Below, in pieces: positions 28,411 through 40,201 of a DNA stretch of 64,000 nucleotides. The DNA comes from Iphione sp. A-MEVVRFRX5. Taxonomy: Eukaryota. Under the pieces are notes generated by a model. The model was not told where the DNA came from, did not search any database, and worked only from the letters and a program-made list of their open reading frames with translations. Location: NCBI GenBank assembly GCA_976226885.1, contig OZ320318.1, positions 63,922,001-63,986,000 on the forward strand. Reading direction: 5' to 3'. Positions within the stretch are counted from its first letter, which is position 1, and each line of letters begins with the position of its first letter. A program made the position numbers and the translations under genes.

Positions 28411-31140
28411 TTAATATTTTATTAACTTAATATGACCTACAATATCCGCTTGCTACTGGAACCAAGTAAATATGCCTGCAATGGCGAGCTGTTATAACTG
28501 TGAGAGGTTGGTTCATGAAAAGTATTTATTTTTTCTGTTCCCAAACAGTTTGTGGGGAATACAGAGATGACTGAGGGGGGTGGTGTTGGTTTAATTGCGC
28601 ATGTTTGATATACATGTATACAGCACCTTTCACGAATTTGTTTCCTTTGTACGCTAAGCCAAACTTCCTGGCTACAGCTTACTAGAATATCTACCTAATC
28701 CTGTAATTGCCAATCCAAAATCTCATTACTCTTAAACTATTCATATGCAAATGTAGTTACATTGAGCTGGCAATGTCTGATGATTTGGCAGACAATCACA
28801 CCTTCTACTCTCCGTTTCTTGATTGATTGCACCGGCGGTGACGTCATTGTCACGCCGCCCCTTGTTTATTGTGGCGCCACCAGGTGGTATTATGAAGAGA
28901 ACGGCATCATTGTGAAGAAATCATCAAATACACGATCCTCTTTAGCTGGGGGTTGAATTGAACTGTGTGCTCCTAGCAGTTTAGATAATCATTGATGTCC
29001 GTATCAAGCGCAGTTCTTATCCCATAATCCAATATTCATTATAACTGTCGTGAAATTTGTCGGATCGTGGAAGTGGCGCGCGGTCTCAGTGGAGCACTAT
29101 ATACGTGCAGTCACATGTAGTTGAGTTACTCGGCTTTCTGCTTTCTAAGCCGCGGACCTTCCGAGCTGCTCGGAGCGCCTTCTGATATCAGCCAATGTCA
29201 ATAAATGTTACTCAATCGATGAAATAGTAAAGACTTTCTCAATTGAGAAAGTGCGCCTTGTTTATTAGAAAGCAGGTCTACGTCAGGCGTTACCTTCAAT
29301 TTCCTTTTCTGCCAGAACGAGCTGTGCTCGTAATCAGAAGGCCGGATTACCCTAAACTTGGCAGTAATTTGATTTGGACAGCTGCTGAACAGCGATGGCG
29401 ACTGACTAGCACTGGGAGCGGTGGTTCTGATTAGTGAGCCCGGCTCCCGCAAAGTCTGGCGCTTCAAAACGCACCTAGTCTCCATATTGACCGAACACGG
29501 CTGTGACTTGTCAGCATCTTTTCCTTCTTGCTTGGTGGCGTTGATATCCCTTTGGTATTACTTGTTCATGGTTACAGGAAGTAATAACCATTTTTCTTCA
29601 ACTTTCCTCTATAACCGTTTGTCAGCTGAAAAATATCAGTTTCAATTAAACTTTCGAAAATACCGCAGTGAAATTCCACCATAACGAAACTTTCGTTCTG
29701 GAAGTCCTCATTTATGGAAGAAATCAAAACTAGAATATACCCAGTGTCTTTCTCATTCACAATGTTACTCCTGTGCATGCTCATTTTGAGTACGATGTTC
29801 ACACGTAGTCACAAGCCAGGCTCCTCAAAAGGCAATCTACTGCGGATGTTGCCTAATCACGTGGCTGGAGGAGCGCCCCAGTGGGCCGGCAGAGGGCGCC
29901 TTTGTTCTCGGGTGAGAGCGTCCGATTGGCTCGTCATTGTAGCTCGTCACATGGCAGGCCGGCGAGGGGACTGCAGACGATGTGGATGGGTCTGAGAGAT
30001 GGAGAATCTGAGTGACTGTCGAAGGAGAGGGGAAAATAGAAAAGTTGAAAAAAAAGGCCAGCAACCACAGCGAAACAAGCCGCGGCATAATAACGCAGCC
30101 AACATGAAAGAAAAGAAAGTTGATAATCAGCTCATGATATTGGTTTCAAAGGTCATATTTCTGAGTGCAAAGCTTTGTGTGGTAGGTTTTTAGTGTAATT
30201 ATTTGTCTAACTCTGCCATAATAATCTAATTGTCCACGGTCAACGCAGTGCCTTTGGCAAATATCCCCCTGCTCATGTCAGTTCCTTCGGAATGGAGTTG
30301 CCTTTCACTCCCTTGTAATTTAGAGACAAATTTCACCTTTGTAGCTAGATATTTTTGGTGGTTCTCAGGATTCGAAATGCATACTGTTTATTAGTGAGTT
30401 TCTACAGCCTGGTGTATACCATTGGCCATCTGACCTTCAATATTTGATACAGTAGTCAGAGGCGTACCTGTATGATTTCATGTGGTAGTGGGTCTTTCAG
30501 CGCCGCTTGCCGTCACTTCTATGAAACGCCCAGCTCCCGTTATGTGGCCCTTCAGTGTCTCTGGACCTTTCCCACCGTCCGCTTCGGGTGTCAGTGTTAA
30601 TGTGACAGTAGGGGCCACGTCCGAAGAGGACCTCAGGAGCGAGTGATAGGATCAAAGCGGAGCCCGATCCAGTTCAAACGACCTGCGTCATTAAACCACC
30701 AGGACACACCTGCCTCAAGAGAGTGTTGCGGTGTGTGAATCCAAGGTTGTGTGAATGAGAGGACAGCTGCAGCATGGGAAGCAGTGTGAACAAGAGGGTA
30801 GTTACAACATGTGAATCTGAGGTGATGTGGACGAGGAGGTAGCGGCAATACATGGATCTGAGGTGGTATTAATAGGAGGACTGTTGTACAATGTGAATAT
30901 AATGAGATACGTTGAGTGATACTACACAGACTTGGTGTGCTTGATTTAAGAGTTAGGACTTGATTTTTGCACCCCCCCCGTTTCAAAAAATATATCTTAT
31001 CCAACACACGTGTGACAAAGGGACTTCTAACCATAGACAGAATTCTGTGTATCCAAAAAGAATGCTGGTTCCAAAAGACAATTAATGCCAAACCCACACT
31101 TCGGCTATCATATGGATGGGGAGTTATCTCAGTTAGTAAT

Positions 31141-31469
31141 AGTGCTGATTAGCACTGGTCCACTGATTGAAAAGTCACAGGTTCAATCCTGGGCTGGGAC
31201 TCTTGACCATGACCAGACAGATTTACTGTAGCCCCAACTGAGAGTGGTCCACAACTTGTAATAAAGGCCATGGGTGTATAGATTCTGTCCCCTTTACACA
31301 AAAAGACCCCAAGCCTATTTAAAATAAGAATAGGAGACAATCCCAGATATTCTGGTCTCTCAATTCTCAATGATAGATGGTAGTATGCTACTCCAGGAGG
31401 ATATGGAAGTACAGCTAAAATGAAAGCTGAGTATCTAGTTCCTGGTTAAAGATACAATGAAAATGAAAT
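31141..31469 (+). mobile_element. Copy of the same SINE
   Basis: B-box GGTTCAATCC, shared core and aatgaaaatgaaa tail; aligns to 1-135 (reverse), 20526 and 22128. Confidence 0.82.
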
Positions 31470-32039
31470 ATTCTCACTGGAAACAGTTTTGATATGATTG
31501 ATAGAGTACTGAAGTGACCCGAATGGTAGTGATCTGGCATGGTGTGAATGGTGTTATATAGGAGGGGTATTAATCACCTGAATTGTCAAGGTATGAATAA
31601 TATTTCTTTGTGAACATGTCCAGATGCGATATGGAAAAGAGTGCACTGGTGTTCAAATAGTATTGTATTCTTGTCCTGTGCTTCAAAGTGCATTGGTATG
31701 GTGTGTATCTATTTGATTTGTGATATGAAGGTAGTGTGCTTATGTGATGTGAATGTTAATATCTGATGTGATGTAAATCTTAGTTTGCTGAAGCGAATGT
31801 GAGGGTACTGATGTTTTTTTTAATGTTTGTATACCGATGAGATGTGAATTATAGTGTGCCCTATAGCAGATGTTTGGCAATATAGTATATGGGTGAATTT
31901 TTTCAATAACGGCAACTTCATTTTAGTTGATGGTCATTTTTAGACAAACCCAGTCCTGCTAACTTGTGCTGTTGTATCTCCCTACATTGAAACGTAGCCT
32001 GGGTAACGAAGCGATTTGGCCCAAATTGTCACTGGAAAA

Positions 32040-32210
32040 ATCAAGATTATCTACAACCGAACAACGTCCATACAGTCCAGACCCCAACTTTCACTTGGCT
32101 TAATCATATAAATGTAGAGGCCACAGTATCTGCATAGTGCTGCTCCCATCGATTACACTTAACATAATGAATATAATATTGCTTGGTGGGTGATTTTAAT
32201 GAACTTCCCG
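32040..32210 (+). mobile_element. Possible LINE endonuclease remnant
   Basis: ttggtgggtgattttaatgaacttccc = LVGDFNELP, the GDFN motif of APE-type endonucleases; flanks decayed. Confidence 0.3.
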
Positions 32211-34050
32211 CTGAATGAACAAATGAAGCAGAGAAAAACCACCGACGGAGACAATATGACGTAGTCACAATGGAAGCTGCACGCAAATCTAGCGCTACCA
32301 TACGTCCCGTTCACAGGGGAAGCTGGTCTGCTGCTTTTAGTCTCTGGAATGGCACCGTATGGTGGATATAAGCACAATGGAGGGTTCGAGTCGGAACGGG
32401 GAACTCAGAGAGTCGCATGAGGCGATCCAGCTATGAAAGCTCACACCGCCTGAGTTTTGTGTCCCTTGATCACTCCGCCACTGGCATCATCTTCGTGGTT
32501 GACAGGCGCTCTCTGTAGGCCTCGTGACCTCGAATGCGTGTAAGAAGAGCGAAGAGGGAGCTCCTTTAATCCTCTAAAATATCACGCCATTAAAGGCTGA
32601 ATGTCGTTGGAGGCTGAATGGGCTACAGAAGCTTTTTAATGGCCCTCTCTCTCAGGCAGCCGAGTGAGGATTTTATCCTCTACAAGATAGTTAATCTTTG
32701 ATCCTGTTCCGCCTAGCTGAAAATTTGCAGTATTTTACAGGATTAAGATCTCAATCTCAATTTTATATCTGGTTTTCTTCGATGTTCGCAGGGTTCTGAA
32801 AGCAACATATGAGGGCTATCAAATTTCTCAATTTTATATCAGGTTTTCTTAGAAAATCACGGATTTCTGAATCCAGCACGTGGGGGCTATCGAATTTCTT
32901 GCATATTTATGTGGGATAGTAGGAAGTACATGCACACGTATGTCTATAATTATTGCATCATCAAGGAATTTGTGTTGTCTCCCGTAAGCACCTTTTCTCA
33001 CGTCTTCCATCCCATATGCGTACGAATAAACTACCAGCACGGCATTGTCACAGTATCAGTCTAGCCTAATGCATTCAGTAAATACATTCTTTAAAAAAAT
33101 CTTGTATCACACAGTTCACGTAGGTGGTCTAGCCGCAGATTTCTACTTACTGGCGTTATCTATAATGTATGTACGGCTTTCAGGTAACTATGTAGACTCA
33201 TGACTTTGCAAAGCCGGAAGAATGGACTGGCCTGCTATATCTAAGAGCCCCAGGGGAGGCTTATCTCACTTCAAGAAAGGGCCACCTACATTAAGTGCAC
33301 CGCCTGCCGGCAGAACACAGGTCATGCAGTTCTTTGGTCGGCCAATCTTGATAGGCCTACGGACCGGCGCGAGACGCCTGTTTGTCACCAGATAAACCAG
33401 ACATATTGCCAAACTGACAAGCTGTGAATGGTAAATACTAAGGAGTACTGCTTAAGCTATACACTCCGGAATGCATCGGGGAGCAGGTTGGAGCAGCTTG
33501 GAGCAGCTCGATGCATCTTCACATTTATTACACAAGGGCCTTGTCAGTAGAGGGAGACACAGAGGTAGACATATACAACGTACATGTATTTATCATGGTC
33601 CAAAGCCTATACACTTTTTTCCCAGGGATGTTTAGTCAGTAAGTCTTTGGTGCGTAGTGATTAATACAGTTAATCATTATTCATCTCAGGAGCTCATCGT
33701 ATAGGTAAACACAGGATTCACTGCGTGTGCTGTGCATGTATGCACATGATAGTGAGCTTTTTTTCTTAATCGAGTCACGTGGTGTGGTATGAAACTTTAT
33801 TACTGCTGCTTAACATTGAATCGAGACAGATGCGGGTCGAATACTCAGCACCTGTTCTTTGATCTAATAGTGAGTAGCAGGGGCCTGCGTACACTCAACA
33901 TATCGGTGAAATCCTCGAGAAACAGCTACAGCTGTATGCACTTCATATAAATAACTGCGGGTGGATGGAGAACCCTACGTTACATCCACTTTGTAAGCCA
34001 AATGCCCCGGAAATGTGCCCGACACCCGTTCTCGTAATGGCCGCAATTAC

Positions 34051-34310
34051 GTAGCCATAGCAACCCTGATATTCCTGGCAGCGCAAGAAGTTGCTCGTAA
34101 GTTGCTGACCTGCTCTCGAGTTGCTGCAGGTCGGATGTGATGGGGGTGGCGACAGAAATTGACTTATGCAAATATCGCACTTGGAAGGTGATGAGGGGCC
34201 GCGCGGTGGGAGAGCGGTGCTAACGCTCGCTCGACGCGCCGCCGCGACCGCCGCCGCCGCCGCCGCCGACACAAGGACTAGCAGAGGGCGGACTGTGCCG
34301 TCTGGCCAGA
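34051..34310. promoter_or_regulatory. X-box plus CpG/(GCC)n-rich promoter-like segment
   Basis: GTAGCCATAGCAAC at 34051, octamer ATGCAAAT at 34166, CpG-dense stretch with (GCC)n at 34237-34268. Confidence 0.3.
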
Positions 34311-35980
34311 GCCCTGTATCAGTGTCCTCATTCATAGCCTTTTATAACCTGTCTAGAGGACGGGTAATTCAGCATGAATAATTGTCTGATGGTAACAGCT
34401 CTAGAAGGTAAAAAAGCATTCCTCCCCATTACGAGAGGCATGTTACTAATTCAGCTCTTAAAATTCAACCGGCAACATCTCTCATTTACATGTACATGCA
34501 TCTAAGAGATTAGGGAGTAGAGACTAAAGCATGGGGCCTGAAATTTTGGAGTAGGAAAAGTCTTGGTAACGAAGATGAGATGTTTCGTAGAATTGAGCAA
34601 ATACCCCGTAATGGTGAATATGACGAGAAGAGACACTGTCCACAGAATGCCTTTAAAAACTGTTTTTTTAAACGTAAGTTTAGAGGTACTGTTCCGTTTA
34701 GGTGTTAGCATTCATGGATGTCAGGATTCATGGATTAAGTCAGCACGTGCTCATTATTCCCCATGAAACTGTCTTGCTATTTTGTCCCAACAGGTGACAG
34801 ATCAATTTTTTACAAACTGTAACATGTAGTGAATAACAACGGTTTCCTGATGTGATTTTCCAGCATATTTATATTTATTTATATTTATTTATATTTTATT
34901 CATACAAATGCTTCTAAAATGAAGGAAGTAACCTGTGAAAAACGGTCTTCACTTTCGCGACCTCGTCGGATGATTTCCTAGTCGCTGCACGTTTGCTTAT
35001 GTTCCATTTTCATAACTCAGTACGTAGGCATCGTGGATCAGTAGAGTGCTGACCGAGACAGAGGAGGACAACGGAAATCCATTCATTCTAACCGGGATAT
35101 ACCCCCCATTTATTCTTTATCTCGTGACCATGGCAACGCAACTAGCCTGCTCTATCGTGGGAAAGCAGCCGGAATGGTTCGCCATCGACCATGTTTTCCA
35201 TTTATTTGTCGCGCTTCACGTGCTGCCATAATGGTGTTTGTCCTCTTGATATGCCTTTTTATTGCCCTCAGACTTACAGCAACTGAAATAGAACTGGTTT
35301 TCTCCTGTTGCCGAAGGTGAAATGCTGCAGTCGATCCCACTCGCCTTAGTCAGGCTCTCAACTCACAGCATTTTACTTATCATGCAACGTCATCGGGATC
35401 TTCTTGATTGAACTGCCCATAGTTTTTATAGCTCTTTTTTTTGAAACTCTAATATGCGACGTCCAGATGAAAGTAAATTGCATGCTATCTCTCACAATAA
35501 GAGGGGAATCTGAAGGCTGGCCACTCGCCGGGCTACTGCATACAGCTTGGGAAGGTAGCCATCTGGTGGCCAACGAGGGCATCATAGCTGCTAGCCCTGC
35601 TGTCTTTCATTGGGCCCAGGTCGAATCGATAGGGCAATGTTTGAAACCGCACTGTGGCGGACACAACCAAAAGCTGGAAGCAACATCTCTGGAAAGTGCC
35701 GCATTGCGCGCCTTAGTTTCCTGTGGTGTATCTGTTTCGGTGATTCGCAGTTCTGCATCCTCATGTCTAACTCTCGCTGCAACGGTTTGTGTATTTCATT
35801 GCATTTGTGGTTCTGCCTCTGCGTCGTGTGTGGTTGTTTACATTTTGGACTGCTTCTCTTTTTTGCCGTTGACCTGCCTGTTTGTCCGTCTGTGTGTCCG
35901 TCTGCTTCTGAACATCCTTTTGCCATCTGTAGGTCTGCCTCTTGTATATGCATGTACATGTACATGCATGTATGCATGTA

Positions 35981-36065
35981 CAGTGGGACCTCGCTAATCC
36001 GATCACCAATGGTTCCTTCCTATATTGGCCCCAAATACCTTCGGTGGCTGGATTAGTGAGGGGAT
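35981..36065. mobile_element. Short decayed Tc1/pogo-type MITE
   Basis: TA|CAGTGGGACCTCGCTAATCC ... GGATTAGTGAGG (12-bp near-perfect inverted repeat); right tip degraded; sits at the end of a (TACATG/TGCATG) array. Confidence 0.5.
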
Positions 36066-36595
36066 TTAGGCTTAAAATCCATGTACATGTATATTTATGG
36101 ATATAGCAGTGTGTTTTCAGCATTTTTGTTGTTCTTTCTTTGTTTTGTTTTTTTACTGCTGATAGCCAGGGGTCTCTCCATGCACGCATGCAGTGTGTTT
36201 GCATGTGCCATGTTTTTGCTTTGAGAATATTCTCAGTTTTCACAGCCGTGTATGCTTGCTGAAGTGTGTTTTCAATGGGGACTATGCTAATGTACAGGAG
36301 TGATACAAGGATCCATGCTGTTTCCATTATGATTTGATCATATCACAGCGATGAACACGGCGTCAAATTTTCACAGAAACTCAGTCGTGAAAACAAGCCA
36401 CACACTACATGCTTTGATAGATTTTAAGCCTTGTATGTACATGTACATGTATTTAGTTCTATTTGGACTGGCTGTGTTTGTTAGGTGACACGATTTATGA
36501 GGTGATCGCATCATGAAAGTTCATTTTATATACAAATGTGTGAAACGAGGTAATGACTAAGAGTTGCTAACAAGTTCTACATATACACACGTGTA

Positions 36596-37436
36596 CAGTG
36601 GAGCGCCTCTATTAGGGACACCCTCTGTTCTTAACTAAACTGACCCTAATAGAGGCTTGTCCCTATTAGAGACTTTGTGGCCTGAGGCCACTTTGTACAA
36701 ATTATCATGTTGACTGTAGGTATGGCAATAAGTGAATTCAATGCTATACACATGTGATACAAACACAAAGGAAATACATTACAATAATATACAATAATAG
36801 TCCATGATATTCATTTCATCTCTTGAAAAAGCTGTCTATGGTGGTCTGCTTGTTGGACATCACTAGGTCCAAGCAGGTGGAGTCTCCTTTCACTAGGAAA
36901 TGTTCTCTCATCTGAGAGATCATTTCAGGTGTGAGGACATCTAAGGGCAATAGGAGGGCGGCCAAGGGCTAGAGAGGGAACACCTGAAGAGGTGTAGGGA
37001 CATCTGAGGGCGACAGGAGGACAGCCAAAGCTGAGGCGAACACCTGAGAAGGTGTGAGGGCTTCTAGGAGCGACAGGGGGGACAGCCAAGGCTAGAGGGG
37101 AGGCCTGACAAGGTGTGTGAACATCTAAGGGCAACAGAAGGACAGCCAAGGACCAAGGACATACCTGACAATGTGTGGAGACGTTAGAGTAACATGAGGG
37201 TGACTTAGGCTGAAGGGAGTACCTGGTGAGGCGTGGGGACACCTCAGGATGACAGGAGGGTGGCCAAGGCTCTCCAGGTACTGTCCCTATGGAGGCGCTG
37301 TACCCCTATAGCCTGTCCCTATTAGAGACTTTCCCTTAAACATGATTATATAGGGAATATTTTGGTTCTGAGCTGAACTGTCCCTATTAGAGGTGTGTCC
37401 CTATTAGAGACGTGTCCCTAAGGAGGCTCTCCACTG
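36596..37436. mobile_element. Non-autonomous Tc1/pogo-type DNA transposon (MITE), TA target-site duplication
   Basis: TA|CAGTGGAGCGCCTCTATTAGGGACAC ... GTGTCCCTAAGGAGGCTCTCCACTG|TA imperfect terminal inverted repeats; repeated subterminal GTCCCTATTAGAG motifs at both ends; no transposase ORF. Confidence 0.85.
36927..37278. repeat. About 60-bp minisatellite (6 diverged units) inside the MITE
   Basis: Units start at 36927, 36990, 37050, 37111, 37171 and 37229; consensus about AGGTGTGAGGACATCTRAGGGCRACAGGAGGACAGCCAAGGCT...ACACCTGA. Confidence 0.88.
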
Positions 37437-40066
37437 TATATATATTGTCTGTTTTACACACGTTGCTGCTTCATGCGCATCGTGAATTTACATGTTGAAT
37501 GGGCATTTGGTATGGGCCTTTGTCCATATAAAAGCATTTTCCTTGAAGTCATTCATACCGCATAGTTTGCCTACGCCATTGCTGACAACCATCCCGAGCG
37601 GGTTTTTTTCCCCCCGTACCCGGCGTACCTCTCTATAAGGTCGAGAGTAAGCAGTCAGCAGAAGCCGCCTGCGGGCCAGGGGCCTAGCAGTAGGATCCCT
37701 CGCCCACGCATGCAGAGGCAATGCGTGTGAAAGGGGGGGAGGATATGGGGGGTGCTGTTGATGATCGCGCGCGGGAGGTTAGGACGGGGGCGCGTCGGCG
37801 GGGGGGGGGGGGATGGTCGCACCGATCTAGTTGCGCGTGCAATCAATGGATGCTGAACGGCCTCTGTTTGCTCGGCCCGGAAGCCGGGAGCTGCACCTCG
37901 AACCTGACGCCACCTTGCCGCACAGGCGCAGGTTGAGAGAGAGGCCAGAGAGACGAGTAGCATTACAGCAACAAGGCGTTAGCCAAGGTACAGCCAACCA
38001 GAACAAGCGAAGAGCTTCAATGCGATGTACAAGTAGAAAGGCATAGTACAGCTGGAGAGTGCTGCAGCAGTAAGGGAAGGTGGATGATTTTTAACGCATC
38101 CATAGTCCATTATGGACAGTAGTTCACATCGTAATAAGTCGCTCCGGGAGAATATGCTATTTCGTTGGTTATGGTGCGTTTCACATTAAAAAGGATCTTG
38201 TAATTCATTCAAACACCAGAATAATAACAAAAGCAACATTTTGTTGTATAGATTTTGCTTGTACATATAATGTATAACAAGACCCGCAATGGAAACAACA
38301 ACAGTTTGCTACTGAAATACAACTGAATGCTTTCATTTTTATTTCCTGCAATTGTGTCTGCATTCAAATGCTTCTGTTTTAGTTACCTATGATGGAAATA
38401 GACCCAGTTGACACTGTCTTCCCTCTCGCTATGGCAGAGGGTTTTTATAGATGCAGATTGTGTCACTAGCAATAGTGAAAGACGTCATAAGAAATCATTT
38501 GCACGTCGTAAGTGATATAGCATATCATATATATTTCCATCGTTATTATCAAGATGTTATTTTGACGGGATTGTTATATACAGTGCATCAAACACTCTGG
38601 ATATAAGGAAGGAATTATGATTGTGTCTTCCGTTAGAAGGGCAGTTTGAACAAGCGAAGCTCCTTTATTTCATGATTAGTTTAATTGTATATACAGAACC
38701 TCGCAATATCCTTTCATTATATAGTCGATTGTATATCGGTGAATAAGTGTAGGGAGCAGCAAAGTCCCACACAAGCACTACAAAGGGCCCAATGATGTTA
38801 AAGGACAGGGACAGATCCGGTCATCTTTTATTCGCTTTGTTCCGGCAGCAAGCCGGACACTGCTGCCAGAGTGAAAGGCTTTCCGAGCCGGGACACTGCT
38901 GCAAACGGCCTGCTGTCTGTGCGTATGTATGTCTACGTGTGCTTCGGCGTGTTTGTCACTGTGTGCTGTAGGCGCAGTGCTTCAATATGTGGTGTTTGCG
39001 GCGACGCATGAGTCACGGAATCCCATGTTTGGATGTCTCAGATTTGTGCATAGTGCTGCCGGAGTGGATACTAACACAAACAGGCTTCATGATGCACTAT
39101 TTCATTGCATTTCGAGTGGGATGATGTACATGGATATATCAGGAAGAAAGAAATTACTTCTGTAACTTGTAAACGTATTATACTATTGTATTGTAAAGAA
39201 ATACTTATACTTATTTGTGCAACGAGATAAGTTCTACAATATTTATGATATGTAATTGATTCATTTCATACCATCTCATTATTGCAGTAGTTTTTGTTTG
39301 ACCCTGGTCACATATACATTTACTGTATACTTTCATCCCAGGTGAAATAAAAGTACATGTATTACAAAAAAAAATTGGACAGTCATTCAGAGACTCGCCT
39401 GATTAAAGCGTGTCATTGAGAAATGAAGGAACCTGAACAATGTACTTCTAAATATTATCCTTTTTTTGAAAACAAATGTATAGGTCAATACAAAGCACAC
39501 TCAGTGATATATAGTGGAGTTATCATAGTATGTTAATTGCTCTTGTAAGCTTTCAACAATTAACATGTGAAAAGTTCTCATTTCAATAGCAGATGTGTAT
39601 GAAGTATTGCTTACATGGCCACCGGCGCATAGATGTAATAACAACGTCGTTACAGCATCCATAATCTAGTCATGAATACGCTCAAACAGTGAAATTCCAA
39701 CTTTTGTAAAAACGCCTCTCGTTTGGCAGTACATCGCCACAAAATATGCAAGTATTCGAAGTGTTTGGAATTTAATGGCGGTCTTTGAAATTTGTAGAAA
39801 GTTGAGAAGCATCATTTTGAACTTTAAATGATTGATCTTGTCGCAGAAGACAGAACAGATGTGTTTTCTTTAATCTGCGAGATTATTGATTCCCGCCATT
39901 GGTAGCCGCCGCTCCTGCTGTTGCAGACGACATCCGTCTTCTAAAACGAGAAGCATAAAATAGACAAAAAAAGACTACACTGAAGCAGGACGGATTGGGA
40001 TGAATGTTGTAGTCATATTTTAGTCTGAACTTCCATCTCGCTTTCTACTGGCACCATCGTCGATAG

Positions 40067-40201
40067 TCCGAATCCATTAGCTTCTGAGTTCGCAGAGGGG
40101 AGAGGGCACCTAGTAAATGTTGTCCAGGCTGTATGGGAAGTGGACCAGACGGCCAATAGTTTTCGTCCGCAGGGAACCTCCGCCTCGGTCGATTGCTCCA
40201 G
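40067..40201 (+). CDS. Candidate upstream TMEM132 exon (5' boundary uncertain; GC-AG donor)
   Basis: Open frame ...AVWEVDQTANSFRPQGTSASVDCS(R) resembles the remembered W.V.[QE]...TSA[TS][LV].C segment of the TMEM132 exon that precedes 41716. It ends CAG|gcaaga in phase 2, the phase needed to join 41716. Possible starts are 40067, 40128 or 40173. The N-terminal part does not match well. Confidence 0.35.

Noticed and set aside
30700-31900. One CR1-like LINE 3' end interrupted by the SINE at 31141
   Set aside because: Composition is suggestive, but the motifs are too degraded to support the call without an alignment.
35404-36327. Overlapping 128-197 aa ORFs on both strands
   Set aside because: Low-complexity, simple-repeat-driven frames with no recognisable domain or coding-like codon bias; they span a MITE.
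36927-37278. Regularly spaced repeat as a CRISPR array
   Set aside because: Whole units are homologous with no unique spacers; eukaryotic context and no cas genes.
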